DNA from: Eledone cirrhosa
Taxonomy: Eukaryota
Reading direction: 5' to 3'
DNA: 64,000 nucleotides
Assembly: GCA_964016885.1 (NCBI GenBank)
Contig: OZ024756.1
Span: 2,356,001-2,420,000 of the forward strand
A model generated the notes under the pieces. It ran no database searches, had not been told where the DNA came from, and saw only the letters and a program-made list of their open reading frames with translations. Positions 29,401 through 44,600 of this stretch are shown in pieces. Numbering within the stretch: position 1 is the stretch's first letter; the number at the start of each line of letters is the position of its first letter. The position numbers and the translations under genes were made by a program.

Positions 29401-32400
29401 TATGTGTTGTGTTCTTGAGCAAAACACTTCAACTCATCGGGTTATGTGTTGTGTTCTTGAGAAAAACGCTTCATCTCACGTTGCTGGACTGGGTTATGTG
29501 TTGTGTTTTTGAGCAGGACACTTCATCTCACGTTGCTGGACTGGGTTATGTGTTGTGTTCTTGAGTAAAACACTTCATCTCACGTTGCTGGACTGGGTTA
29601 TGTGTTGTGTTCTTGAGCAATACACTTCATTTCATGATGCTGGACTGGGTTATGTGTTGTTTTCTTGAGCAAGACACTTCATTTCACGTTGCTGGACTGG
29701 GTTATGTGTTGTGTTCTTGAGAAACACACTTCATTTCACGTTGCTGGACTGGGTTATGTGTTGTGTTCTTGAGCAAGACACTTCATCTAACGTTGCAGGA
29801 CTGGCTTATGTGTTGTGTTCTTGAGCAATACACTTCATTTCACGTTGCTGGACTGGGTTATGTGTTGTGTTCTTGAGCAAGATACTTCATCTCACGTTGC
29901 TGGACTTGGTTATATGTTGTGTTCTTAAGCAGGACACTTCATCTCACGTTGCTGGACTGGGTTATGTGTTGTGTTCTTGTGCAAAACACTTCATCTCACG
30001 TTGCTGGACCGGGTTATGTGTTGAGTTCTTGAGCAGGACACTTCATCTGACATTACTGGACTGGGTTATGTGTTGTGTTCTTGAGCAAAACACTTCATCT
30101 CACATTACTGGACTGGGTTATGTGTTGTGTTCTTGAGCAGGACACTTCATCTCACGTTGCTGGACTGGGTTGTGTGTTGTGTTCTTGAGCAAAACACTTT
30201 ATCTCACATTACTGGACTGGGTTACGTGTCTTCTTGAGCAAAACACTTCATCTCGCATTACTGGACTGGGTTATGTGTTGTGTTCTTGAGTAAAACACTT
30301 CATCTCACGTTGCTGGACAGGGTTATGTGTTGTGTTCTTGAGCAAGACACTTCATTTCACGTTGCTGGACTGGGTTATGTGTTGTGTTCTTGAGCAAGAC
30401 ACTTCATCTAACGTTGCAGGACTGGCTTATGTGTTGTGTTCTTGAGCAATACACTTCATTTCACGTTGCTGGACTGGGTTATGTGTTGTGTTATTGAGCA
30501 AAACAGTTCAACTCACGTTGCTGGACTGGGATATGTTTTGTGTTCTTGAGCAAAACATTTCATCTCACGTTGCTGGACTGGGATATGTGTTGTGTTCTTG
30601 AGCAAGACACATCATCTGACGTTGCTGGAATGGATTATGTGTTGTGTTCTTGATCAAAACACTTCATCTCACGTTGCTGGACTGGGTTATGTGTTGTGTT
30701 CTTGAGCAGGACACTTCATCTGACATTACTGGACTGGGTTATATGTTGTGTTCTTGAGCAAGACACTTCAATTCACGTTGCTGGACTGGGTTATGTGTTG
30801 TGTTCTTGAGCAGGACACTTCAACTCACGTTGCTGGACTGCGTTGTGTGTTGTGTTCTTGATCAAAACACTTCATCTCACGTTGATGGACTGGGTTATGT
30901 GTTGTGTTCTTGAGCAAGACACTTCATTTCAAGTTGCTGGACTGGGTTATGTGTTGTTTTCTTGAGCAAGACACTTCAACTCACGTTGCTGGACTGGTTT
31001 ATGTGTTGTGATTTTGAGCAAGACACTTCATCTCACGTTGCTGGACTGGGTTATGTGTTGTGTTATTGAGCAATACACTTCATCTCACGTTGCTGGACTG
31101 GGTTATGTGTTGTGTTCTTGAATAAAACACTTCATCTAACGTTGCTGGACTGGGTTATGTGTTGTGTTCTTGAGCAAGACACTTCATTTCCCGTTGCTGG
31201 ACTGGGTTATGTGTTGTGTTCTTGAGCAAAACACTTCAACTCACCGGGTTATGTGTTGTGTTTTTGAACAATACACTTCATCTCACGTTGCTGGACTGGG
31301 TTATATGTTGTGCAAGACACTTCAATTCATGTTGTTTTCTTGAGCAAGACACTTCAACTCACGTTGCTGGACTGGGTTATGTGTTGTGTTCTTGAGCAAG
31401 ACACTTCATCTCACCGGGTTATGTGTTGTGTTCTTGGGCAAAACACTTCATCTCACATTACTGGACTGGGTTATGTGTTGTGTTCTTGAGAAAAACGCTT
31501 CATCTCACGTTGCTGGACTGGGTTATGTGTTGTGTTCTTGAGAAAAACACTTCATCTCACGTTGCTGGACTGGGTTATGTGTTGTGTTCCTGAGCAATAC
31601 ACTTCATCTCACGATGCTGGACTGGGTTATGTGTTGTTTTCTTGAGTAAAACACTTCATCTCACGTTGCTGGACTGGGTTATGTGTTGTGTTCTTGAGCA
31701 AAACACTTCATTTCACGTTGCTGGACTGGGTTATGTGTTGTGTTCTTGAGCAATACACTTCATTTCACGTTGCTGGACTGGGTTATGTGTTGTGTTCTTG
31801 AGCAATACACTTCATTTCACGTTGCTGGACTGGGTTATGTGTTGTGTTCTTGAGTAAAACACTTCATCTCACGTTGCTGGACTGGGTTATGTGTTGTGTT
31901 CCTGAGCAATACACTTCATCTCACGATGCTGGACTGGGTTATGTGTTGTTTTCTTGAGTAAAACACTTCATCTCACGTTGCTGGACTGGGTTATGTGTTG
32001 TGTTCTTGAGCAAAACACTTCATTTCACGTTGCTGGACTGGGTTATGTGTTGTGTTCTTGAGCAATACACTTCATTTCACGTTGCTGGACTGGGTTATGT
32101 GTTGTGTTCTTGAGCAAGACACTTCATCCAACGTTGCAGGACTGGCTTATGTGTTGTGTTCTTAAGCAGGACACTTCATCTCACGTTGCTGGACTGGGTT
32201 ATGTGTTGTGTCCTTGAGCAAAACACTTCATCTCACGTTGCAGGACTGGGTTATGTGTTGTGTTCTTGTGCAAGACACTTCATCTCACGTTGCTGGACTG
32301 GGTTATGTGTTGTGTTCTTGAGCAATACACTTCATCTCACGTTGCTGGACTGGGTTATGTGTTGTGTTCTTGAGCAAGACACTTCATCTAACGTTGCAGG

Positions 32401-35400
32401 ACTGGCTTATGTGTTGTGCTCTTGAGCATTACACTTCATTTCACGTTGCTGGACTGGGTTATGTGTTGTGTTCTTAAGCAGGACACTTCATCTCACGTTG
32501 CTGGACTGGGTTATGTGTTGTGTCCTTGAGCAAAACACTTCATCTCACGTTGCTGGACTGGGTTATGTGTTGTGTTCTTGAGCAAAACACTTAATCTCAC
32601 GTTGGTGGACTGGGTTATGTGTTGTGTTCTTGAGCAGGACACTTCATCTCACTTTGCTGGACCGGGTTATGTGTTGTGTTCTTGAGCAAAGCACTTCATC
32701 TCACATTACTGGACTGGGTTATGTGTTGTGTTCTTGAGAAAAACGCTTCATCTCACGTTGCTGGACTGGGTTATGTGTTGTGTTCTTGAGCAGGACACTT
32801 CATCTGACATTACTGGACTGGGTTAAGTGTGGTGTTCTTGAGCAAAACACTTCATCTCATATTACTGGACTGGGTTATGTGTTGTGTTCTTGAGCAAAAG
32901 ACTTCATCTCACGTTGCTGGACTGGGTTATGCGTTGTGTTCTTGAGCAGGACACTTCATCTCACGTTGCTGGACTGGGTTGTGTGTTGTGTTCTTGAGCA
33001 AACACTTTATCTCACATTACTGGACTTGGTTACGTGTGTTCTTGAGCAAAACACTTCATCTCGCATTACTGGACTGGGTTATGGGTTGTGTTCTTGAGTA
33101 AAACACTTCATCTCACGTTGCTGGACAGGGTTATGTGTTGTGTTCTTGAGCAAGACACTTCATCTCACGTTGCTGGACTGGGTTATGTGTTGTGTTCTTG
33201 AGCAATACACTTCATCTCACGTTGCTTGACTGGGTTATGTGTTGTGTTCTTGAGCAAGACACTTCATCTCACGTTGCTGGACTGGGTTATATGTTGTGTT
33301 CTTGAGCAGGACACTTCGTCTCACGTTGCTGGACTGGGTTATATGTTGTTTTCTTGAGCAAGACACTTCAATTCACGTTGCTGGACTGGGTTATGTGTTG
33401 TGTTCTTGAGCAGGACACTTCAACTCACGTTGCTGGACTGGGTGATGTGTTGTGTTCTTGAGCAAAACACTTCAACTCACCGGGTTATGTGTTGTGTTTT
33501 TGAGCAATACACTTCATCTCACGTTGCTGGACTGGGTTATATGTTGTGCAAGACACTTCAACTCATGTTGTTTTCTTGAGCAAGACACTTCAACTCACGT
33601 TGCTGGACCGGGTTATGTGTTGTGTTCTTGAGCAAAACACTTCATCTCACATTACTGGACTGGGTTATGTGTTGTGTTCTTGAGTAAAACACTTCATCTC
33701 ACGTTGCTGGACTGGGTTATGTGTTGTGTTCTTGAGCAATACACTTCATCTCACGATGCTGGACTGGGTTATGTGTTGATTTCTTGAGTAAAACACTTCA
33801 TCTCCCGTTGCTGGACTGGGTTATGTGTTGTGTTCTTGAGCAAGACACTTCATTTCACGTTGCTGGACTAGGTTATGTGTTGTGTTCTTGAGCAACACAC
33901 TTCAATTCAGGTTGCTGGACTGGGTTATGTGTTGTGTTCTTGAGCAAGACACTTCATCTAACGTTGCAGGACTGGCTTATGTGTTGTGTTCTTGAGCAAT
34001 ACACTTCATTTCACGTTGCTGGACTGGGTTATGTGTTGTGTTCTTGTGCATAACACTTCATCTCACGTTGCTGGACTGGGTTATGTGTTGTGTTCTTGAG
34101 CAAAACACTTCATCTCACGTTGCTGGACTGGGTTATGTGTTGTGTTCTTGTGCAAAACACTTCATCTCACGTTGCTGGACTGGGTTATGTGTTGTGTTCT
34201 TGAGCAGGACACTTCATCTGACATTACTGGACTGGGTTAAGTGTGGTGTTCTTGAGCAAAACACTTCATCTCACATTACTGGACTTGGTTATGTGTTGTG
34301 TTCTTGAGCAAAACACTTCATCTCACATTATTGGACTGGGTTATGTGTTGTGTTCTTGAGCAAAACACAACATCTCACGTTGCTGGACTGGGTTATATGT
34401 TGTGCAAGACACTTCAACTCATGTTGTTTTCTTGAGCAAGACACTTCAACTCACGTTGCTGGACTGGGTTATGTGTCGTGTTCTTGAGCAAGACACTTCA
34501 TCTAACGTTGCTGGACTGGGTTATGTGTCGTGTTCTTGAGCAAGACATTTCATCTCACCGGGTTATGTGTTGTGTTTTTGAGCAATACACTTCATCTCAC
34601 GTTGCTGGACTGGGTTATATGTTGTGTTTTTGAGCAGGACACTTCATCTCACGTTGCTGGACTGGGTTGTTTGTTGTGTTCTTGAGCAAAACACTTCATC
34701 TCACGTTGCTGGACTGGGTTATATGTTGTGTTCTTGAGCATGACACTTCAACTCACGTTGCTGGACTGGGTTATATGTTGTGTTCTTGAGCAAGACACTT
34801 CAATTCACGTTGCTGGACTGGGTTATGTGTTGTGTTCTTGAGCAGGACACTTCAACTCACGTTGCTGGACTGCGTTGTGTGTTGTGTTCTTGAGCAAAAC
34901 ACTTCATCTCACGTTGCTGGACTCGGTTATATGTTGTGTTCTTGAGCAGGACACTTCATCTCACGTTGCTGGACTGGGTTATGTGTTGTTTTCTTGAGCA
35001 AGACACTTCAACTCACGTTGCTGGACTGGGTTATGTGTTGTGTTCTTGAGCAAAACACTTCAACTCATCGGGTTATGTGTTGTGTTCTTGAGAAAAACGC
35101 TTCATCTCACGTTGCTGGACTGGGTTATGTGTTGTGTTTTTGAGCAGGACACTTCATCTCACGTTGCTGGACTGGGTTATGTGTTGTGTTCTTGAGTAAA
35201 ACACTTCATCTCACGTTGCTGGACTGGGTTATGTGTTGTGTTCTTGAGCAATACACTTCATTTCATGATGCTGGACTGGGTTATGTGTTGTTTTCTTGAG
35301 CAAGACACTTCATTTCACGTTGCTGGACTGGGTTATGTGTTGTGTTCTTGAGAAACACACTTCATTTCACGTTGCTGGACTGGGTTATGTGTTGTGTTCT

Positions 35401-35950
35401 TGAGCAAGACACTTCATCTAACGTTGCAGGACTGGCTTATGTGTTGTGTTCTTGAGCAATACACTTCATTTCACGTTGCTGGACTGGGTTATGTGTTGTG
35501 TTCTTGAGCAAGATACTTCATCTCACGTTGCTGGACTTGGTTATATGTTGTGTTCTTAAGCAGGACACTTCATCTCACGTTGCTGGACTGGGTTATGTGT
35601 TGTGTTCTTGTGCAAAACACTTCATCTCACGTTGCTGGACCGGGTTATGTGTTGAGTTCTTGAGCAGGACACTTCATCTGACATTACTGGACTGGGTTAT
35701 GTGTTGTGTTCTTGAGCAAAACACTTCATCTCACATTACTGGACTGGGTTATGTGTTGTGTTCTTGAGCAGGACACTTCATCTCACGTTGCTGGACTGGG
35801 TTGTGTGTTGTGTTCTTGAGCAAAACACTTTATCTCACATTACTGGACTGGGTTACGTGTGTTCTTGAGCAAAACACTTCATCTCGCATTACTGGACTGG
35901 GTTATGTGTTGTGTTCTTGAGTAAAACACTTCATCTCACGTTGCTGGACA
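26500..35950 (+). repeat. 5,631-bp-offset duplication within the satellite
   Basis: Identical ORFs at 26525/32156, 28407/34038 and 29867/35498. Boundaries approximate. Confidence 0.85.
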
Positions 35951-38699
35951 GGGTTATGTGTTGTGTTCTTGAGCAAGACACTTCATCTCACGTTGCTGGA
36001 CTGGGTTATGTGTTGTGTTCTTGAGCAAGACACTTCATCTCACGTTGCTGGACTGGGTTATATGTTGTGTTCTTGAGCAGGACACTTCGTCTCACGTAGC
36101 TGGACTGGGTTATATGTTGTTTTCTTGAGCAAGACACTTCAATTCACGTTGCTGGACTGGGTTATGTGTTGTGTTCTTGAGCAGGACACTTCAACTCACG
36201 TTGCTGGACTGGGTGATGTGTTGTGTTCTTGAGCAAAACACTTCAACTCACCGGGTTATGTGTTGTGTTTTTGAGCAATACACTTCATCTCACGTTGCTG
36301 GACTGGGTTATATGTTGTGCAAGACACTTCAACTCATGTTGTTTTCTTGAGCAAGACACTTCAACTCACGTTGCTGGACCGGGTTATGTGTTGTGTTCTT
36401 GAGCAAAACACTTCATCTCACATTACTGGACTGGGTTATGTGTTGTGTTCTTGAGAAAAACGCTTCATCTCACGTTGCTGGACTGGGTTATGTGTTGTGT
36501 TTTTGAGCAGGACACTTCATCTCACGTTGCTGGACTGGGTTATGTGTTGTGTTCTTGAGTAAAACACTTCATCTCACGTTGCTGGACTGGGTTATGTGTT
36601 GTGTTCTTGAGCAAGACACTTCATCTAACGTTGCAGGACTGGCTTATGTGTTGTGTTCTTGAGCAATACACTTCATTTCACGTTGCTGGACTAGGTTAGG
36701 TGTTGTGTTCTTGAGCAACACACTTCAATTCACGTTGCTGGACTGGGTTATTTGTTGTGTTCTTGAGCAAGACACTTCATCTAACGTTGCAGGACTGGCT
36801 TATGTGTTGTGTTCTTGAGCAATACACTTCATTTCACGTTGCTGGACTGGGTTATGTGTTGTGTTCTTGTGCAAAACACTTCATCTCACGTTGCTGGACT
36901 GGGTTATGTGTTGTGTTCTTGAGCAAAACACTTCATCTCACGTTGCTGGACTGGGTTAAGTGTGGTGTTCTTGAGCAAAACACTTCATCTCACATTACTG
37001 GACTGGGTTATGTGTTGTGTTCTTGAGCAAAACACTTCATCTCACATTACTGGACTGGGTTATGTGTTGTGTTCTTGAGCAAAACACAACATCTCACGTT
37101 GCTGGACTGGGTTATATGTTGTGCAAGACACTTCAACTCATGTTGTTTTCTTGAGCAAGACACTTCAACTCACGTTGCTGGACTGGGTTATTTGTCGTGT
37201 TCTTGAGCAAGACACTTCATCTAAACGTTGCTGGACTGGGTTATGTGTCGTGTTCTTGAGCAAGACACTTCATCTCACCGGGTTATGTATTGTGTTTTTG
37301 AGCAATACACTTCATCTCACGTTGCTGGACTGGGTTATATGTTGTGTTTTTGAGCAGGACACTTCATCTCACGTTGCTGGACTGGGTTGTTTGTTGTGTT
37401 CTTGAGCAAAACACTTCATCTCACGTTGCTGGACTGGGTTATATGTTGTGTTCTTGAGCAAGACACTTCAATTCACGTTGCTGGACTGGGTTATGTGTTG
37501 TGTTCTTGAGCAGGACACTTCAACTCACGTTGCTGGACTGCGTTGTGTGTTGTGTTCTTGAGCAAATCACTTCATCTCACGTTGCTGGATTCGGTTATAT
37601 GTTGTGTTCTTGAGCAGGACACTTCATCTCACGTTGCTGGACTGGGTTATGTGTTGTTTTCTTGAGCAAGACACTTCAACTCACGTTGCTGGACTGGGTT
37701 ATGTGTTGTGTTCTTGAGCAAAACACTTCAACTCACCGGGTTATGTGTTGTGTTCTTGAGAAAAACGCTTCATCTCACGTTGCTGGACTGGGTTATGTGT
37801 TGTGTTTTTGAGCAGGACACTTCATCTCACGTTGCTGGACTGGGTTATGTGTTGTGTTCTTGAGTAAAACACTTCATCTCACGTTGCTGGACTGGGTTAT
37901 GTGTTGTGTTCTTGAGCAATACACTTCATTTCACGATGCTGGACTGGGTTATGTGTTGTTTTCTTGAGCAAGACACTTCATTTCACGTTGCTGGACTGGG
38001 TTATGTGTTGTGTTCTTGAGCAACACACTTCATTTCACGTTGCTGGACTGGGTTATGTGTTGTGTTCTTGAGCAAGACACTTCATCTAACGTTGCAGGAC
38101 TGGCTTATGTGTTGTGTTCTTGAGCAATACACTTCATTTCACGTTGCTGGACTGGGTTATGTGTTGTGTTCTTGAGCAAGCTACTTCATCTCACGTTGCT
38201 GGACTTGGTTATATGTTGTGTTCTTAAGCAGGACACTTCATCTCACGTTGCTGGACTGGGTTATGTGTTGTGTTCTTGAGCAAAACACTTCATCTCACGT
38301 TGCTGGACTGGGTTATGTGTTGTGTTCTTGTGCAAAACACTTCATCTCACGTTGCTGGACTGGGTAATGTGTTGTGTTCTTGAGCAGGACACTTCATCTG
38401 ACATTACTGGACTGGGTTAAGTGTGGTGTACTTGAGCAAAACACTTCATCTGACATTACTGGACTGGGTTATGTGTTGTGTTCTTGAGCAAAACACTTCA
38501 TCTCACATTACTGGACTGGGTTCTGTGTTGTGTTCTTGAGCAAAACACTTCATCTCACGTTGCTGGACTGGGTTATATGTTGTGCAAGACACTTCAACTC
38601 ATGTTGTTTTCTTGAGCAAGACACTTCAACTCACGTTGCTGGAGTGGGTTATGTGTTGTGTTCTTGAGCAGGACACTTCATCTCACGTTGCTGGACTGG

Positions 38700-41600
38700 G
38701 TTGTGTGTTGTGTTCTTGAGCAAAACACTTTATCTCACATTACTGGACTGGGTTACGTGTTGTGTTCTTGAGCAAAACACTTCATCTCGCATTACTGGAC
38801 TGGGTTATGTGTTGTGTTCTTGAGTAAAACACTTCATCTCACGTTGCTGGACAGGGTTATGTGTTGTGTTCTTGTGCAAAACACTTCATCTCACGTTGCT
38901 GGACTGGGTTATGTGTTGTGTTCTTGAGCAGGACACTTCATCTGACATTACTGGACTGGGTTAAGTGTGGTGTACTTGAGCAAAACACTTCATCTTACAT
39001 TACTGGACTGGGTTATGTGTTGTGTTCTTGAGCAAAACACTTCATCGCACATTACTGGACTGGGTTATGTGTTGTGTTCTTGAGCAAAACACTTCATCTC
39101 ACGTTGCTGGACTGGGTTATATGTTGTGCAAGACACTTCAACTCATGTTGTTTTCTTGAGCAAGACACTTCATCTCACGTTGCTGGAGTGGGTTATGTGT
39201 TGTGTTCTTGAGCAGGACACTTCATCTCACGTTGCTGGACTGGGTTATGTGTTGTGTTTTTGAGCAGGACACTTCATCTCACGTTGCTGGACTGGGTTAT
39301 GTGTTGTTTTCTTGAGCAAGACACTTCATCTCACGTTGCTGGACTGGGTTGTGTGTTGTGTTCTTGAGCAAAACACTTCATCTCACGTTGCTGGACTGGG
39401 TTATATGTTGTGTTCTTGAGCAAGACACTTCAACTCACGTTGCTGGACTGGGTTATATGTTGTGTTCTTGAGCAAGACACTTCAATTCACGTTGCTGGAC
39501 TGGGTTATGTGTTGTGTTCTTGAGCAGGACACTTTAACTCACGTTGCTGGACTGCGTTGTGTGTTGTGTTCTTGAGCAAAACACTTCATCTCACGTTGCT
39601 GGACTCGTTGATATGTTGTGTTCTTGAGCAGGACACTTCATCTCACGTTGCTGGACTGGGTTATGTGTTGTTTTCTTGAGCAAGACACTTCAACTCACGT
39701 TGCTGGACTGGGTTATGTGTTGTGTTCTTGAGCAAAACACTTCAACTCACCGGGTTATGTGTTGTGTTTTTGAGCAATACACATCATCTCACGTTGCTGG
39801 ACTGGGTTATAAGTTGTGCAAGACACTTCAACTCATGTTGTTTTCTTGAGCAAGACACTTCAACTCACGTTGCTGGAGCGGGTTATGTGTTGTGTTCTTG
39901 AGCAAGACACTTCATCTCACCGGGTTATGTGTTGTGTTCTTGAGCAAAACACTTCATCTCACGTTGCTGGACTCGCTTATATGTTGTGTTCTTGAGCAAA
40001 ACACTTCATCTCACATTACTGGACTCGGTTATGTGTTGTGTTCTTGAGAAAAACGCTTCATCTCACGTTGCTGGACTGGGTTATGTGTTGTGTTTTTGTG
40101 CAGGTCACTTCATCTCACGTTGCTGGACTGGGTTATGTGTTGTTTTCTTGAGTAAAACACTTCATCTCACGTTGCTGGACTGGGTTATGTGTTGTGTTCT
40201 TGAGCAATACACTTCATCTCACGATGCTGGACTGGGTTATGTGTTGTTTTCTTGAGTAAAACACTTCATCTCACGTTGCTGGACTGGGTTATGTGTTGTG
40301 TTTTTGTGCAGGTCACTTCATCTCACGTTGCTGGACTGGGTTATGTGTTGTTTTCTTGAGTAAAACACTTCATCTCACGTTGCTGGACTGGGATATGTGT
40401 TGTGTTCTTGAGCAATACACTTCATCTCACGATGCTGGACTGGGTTATGTGTTGTTTTCTTGAGTAAAACACTTCATCTCCCGTTGCTGGACTGGGTTAT
40501 GTGTTGTGTTCTCGAGCAACACACTTCATTTCACGTTGCTGGACTGGGTTATGTGTTGTGTTCTTGAGCAAGACACTTCATCTAACGTTGCAGGACTGGC
40601 TTATGTGTTGTGTTCTTGAGCAATACACTTCATTTCACGTTGCTGGACTGGGTTATGTGTTGTGTTCTTGAGCAAGATACTTCATCTCACGTTGCTGGAC
40701 TTGGTTATATGTTGTGTTCTTAAGCAGGACACTTCATCTCACGTTGCTGGACTGGGTTATGTGTTGTGTTCTTGAGCAAAACACTTCATCTCACGTTGCT
40801 GGACTGGGTTATGTGTTGTGTTCTTGTGCAAAACACTTCATCTCACGTTGCTGGACTGGGTTATGTGTTGTGTTCTTGAGCAGGACACTTCATCTGACAT
40901 TACTGGACTGGGTTATGTGTTGTGTTCTTGAGCAAAACACTTCATCTCACATTACTGGACTGGGTTACGTGTTGTGTTCTTGAGCAAGACACTTCATCTC
41001 ACCGGGTTATGTGTTGTGTTTTTGAGCAATACACTTCATCTCACGTTGCTGGACTGGGTTACATGTTGTGTTTTTGAGCAGGACACTTCATCTCACGTTG
41101 CTGGACTGGGTTATGTGTTGTTTTCTTGAGCAAGACACTTCATCTCACGTTGCTGGACTGGGTTGTGTGTTGTGTTCTTGAGCAAAACACTTCATCTCAC
41201 GTTGCTGGACTGGGTTATGTGTTGTGTTCTTGAGCAGGACACTTCATCTCACGTTGCTGGACTGGGTTATGTGTTGTGTTCTTGAGCAAAACACTTCATC
41301 TCAAGTTGCTGGACTGAGTTATGTGTTGTGTTCTTGAGCAGGACATTTCATCTGACATTACTGGACTGGGTTATGTATTGTGTTCCTGGGCAAAGCACTT
41401 TCATCTCACATTACTGGACTGGGTTATGTGTTGTGTTTTTAGAGCAAAACACTTCATCTCACATTACTGGACTGGGTTATATGTTGTGTTCTTGAGAAAA
41501 ACACCTCATCTCACGTTGCTGGACTAGGTTATGTGTTGTGTTCTTGAGCAGGACACTTCATCTCACATTGCTGGACTGGGTTATGTATTGTGTTCTTGAG

Positions 41601-44600
41601 CAGAACACTTCATCTGACATTACTAGACTGGGTTATGTGTTGTGTTCCTGGGCAAAGCACTTCATCTCACATTACTGGACTGGGTTATGTGTTGTGTTCT
41701 TGAGCAAGACACTTCATCTCACGTTGCTGGACTGGGTTATGTGTTGTGTTCTTGAGCAAAACACTTCATCTCACGTTGCTGGACTGGGTTATGTGTTGTG
41801 TTCTTGAGTAAAACACTTCATCTCACATTGCTGGACTGGGTTATGTATTGTGTTCTTGAGCAGAACACTTCATCTGACATTACTAGACTGGGTTATGTGT
41901 TGTGTTCCTGGGCAAAGCACTTCATCTGACATTACTGGACTGGGTTATGTGTTGTGTTCTTGAGCAAGACACTTCATCTCACGTTGCTGGACTGGGTTAT
42001 GTGTTGTGTTCTTGAGCAAAACACTTCATCTCACGTTGCTGGACTGGGTTATGTGTTGTGTTCTTGAGTAAAACACTTCATCTCACGCTGCTGGACTGGA
42101 TTATGTGTTGTGTTCTTTAGCAAGACACTTCATCTCACGTTGCTGGACTGGGTTATGTGTTGTGTTCTTGAGCAATAGACTTTATCTCACGTTGCTGGAC
42201 TGGGTTATATGTTGTGTTCTGGAGCAGGACACTTCATCTCACGTTGCTGGACTGGATTATGTGTTGTGTTCTTGAGCAAGACACTTCAACTTACGTTGCT
42301 GGACTGGTTTATGTGTTGTGTTCTTAAGCAAAACAATTCAACTCACGTTGCTGGGCTGGGTTATATGTTGTATTCTTGAGCAAGACACTTCAACTCACGT
42401 TGCTGGACTGGGTTATGTGTTGTGTTCTTGAGCAGGACACTTCATCTCACGTTACTGGACTGGGTTATGTGTTGTATTCTTGAGCAAAACACTTCATCTC
42501 ACGTTGCTGGACTGGGTTATGTGTTGTGTTCTTGAGGAAAGCATTTCATCTCACATTACTGGACTGGGTTATGTGTTGTGTTCTTGAGCAAAACACTTCC
42601 TCTCACGTTGCTGGACTGGGTTATGTATTGTGTTCTTGAGCAGGACACTTCATCTCACGTTGCTGGACTGGATTATGTGTTGTTTTCTTGAGCAAAACAC
42701 TTCATCTCACGTTGCTGGACTGGGTTATGTGTTGTGTTCTTGAGCAAGACACTTCATCTCACGTTGCTGGACTGGGTTAAGTGTTGTTTTCTTGAGCAAA
42801 ACACTTCAACTCACGTTGCTGGACTGGGTTATGTATTGTATTCTTGAGCAGGACACTTCATCTCACGTTGGTGGACTGGGTTATGTGTTGTGTTCTTGAG
42901 CAAAACACTTCATCTCACGTTGCTGGACTGGGTTTTGTGTTGTGTTCTTGAGCAATACACTTCATCTCACGTTGCTGGACTGGGTTATATGTTGTGTTCT
43001 TGAGCAGGACACTTCATTTCACGTTGCTGGACTGGGTTATGTGTTGTGTTCTTGAGCAGGACACTTCATCTCACGTTGCTGGACTGGGTTATGTGTTGTG
43101 TTCTTGAGCAAAGCATTTCACCTCACATTACTGGACTGGGTTATGTGTTGTGTTCTTGAGCAAAACACTTCAACTCATCGGGTTATGTGTTGTGTTCTTG
43201 AGAAAAACGCTTCATCTCACGTTGCTGGACTGGGTTATGTGTTGTGTTTTTGAGCAGGACACTTCATCTCACGTTGCTGGACTGGGTTATGTGTTGTGTT
43301 CTTGAGTAAAACACTTCATCTCACGTTGCTGGACTGGGTTATGTGTTGTGTTCTTGAGCAATACACTTCATTTCACGATGCTGGACTGGGTTATGTGTTG
43401 TTTTCTTGAGCAAGACACTTCATTTCACGTTGCTGGACTGGGTTATGTGTTGTGTTCTTGAGCAACACACTTCATTTCATGTTGCTGGACTGGGTTATGT
43501 GTTGTGTTCTTGAGCAAGACACTTCATCTAACGTTGCAGGACTGGCTTATGTGTTGTGTTCTTGAGCAATACACTTCATTTCACGTTGCTGGACTGGGTT
43601 ATGTGTTGTGTTCTTGAGCAAGATACTTCATCTCACGTTGCTGGACTTGGTTATATGTTGTGTTCTTAAGCAGGACACTTCATCTCACGTTGCTGGACTG
43701 GGTTATGTGTTGTGTTCTTGAGCAAAACACTTCATCTCACGTTGCTGGACTGGGTTAGGTGTTGTGTTCTTGTGCAAAACACTTTATCTCACATTACTGG
43801 ACTGGGTTACGTGTTGTGTTCTTGAGCAAAACACTTCATCTCGCATTACTGGACTGGGTTATGTGTTGTGTTCTTGAGTAAAACACTTCATCTCACGTTG
43901 CTGGACAGGGTTATGTGTTGTGTTCTTGTGCAAAACACTTCATCTCACGTTGCTGGACTGGGTTATGTGTTGTGTTCTTGAGCAGGACACTTCATCTGAC
44001 ATTACTGGACTGGGTTAAGTGTGGTGTACTTGAGCAAAACACTTCATCTTACATTACTGGACTGGGTTATGTGTTGTGTTCTTGAGCAAAACACTTCATC
44101 TCACATTACTGGACTGGGTTATGTGTTGTGTTCTTGAGCAAAACACTTCATCTCACGTTGCTGGACTGGGTTATATGTTGTGCAAGACACTTCAACTCAT
44201 GTTGTTTTCTTGAGCAAGACACTTCAACTCACGTTGCTGGAGTGGGTTATGTGTTGTGTTCTTGAGCAGGACACTTCATCTCACGTTGCTGGACTGGGTT
44301 GTGTGTTGTGTTCTTGAGCAAAACACTTTATCTCACATTACTGGACTGGGTTACGTGTTGTGTTCTTGAGCAAAACACTTCATCTCGCATTACTGGACTG
44401 GGTTATGTGTTGTGTTCTTGAGTAAAACACTTCATCTCACGTTGCTGGACAGGGTTATGTGTTGTGTTTTTGAGCAGGACACTTCATCTCACGTTGCTGG
44501 ACTGGGTTATGTGTTGTTTTCTTGAGCAAGACACTTCATCTCACGTTGCTGGACTGGGTTGTGTGTTGTGTTCTTGAGCAAAACACTTCATCTCACGTTG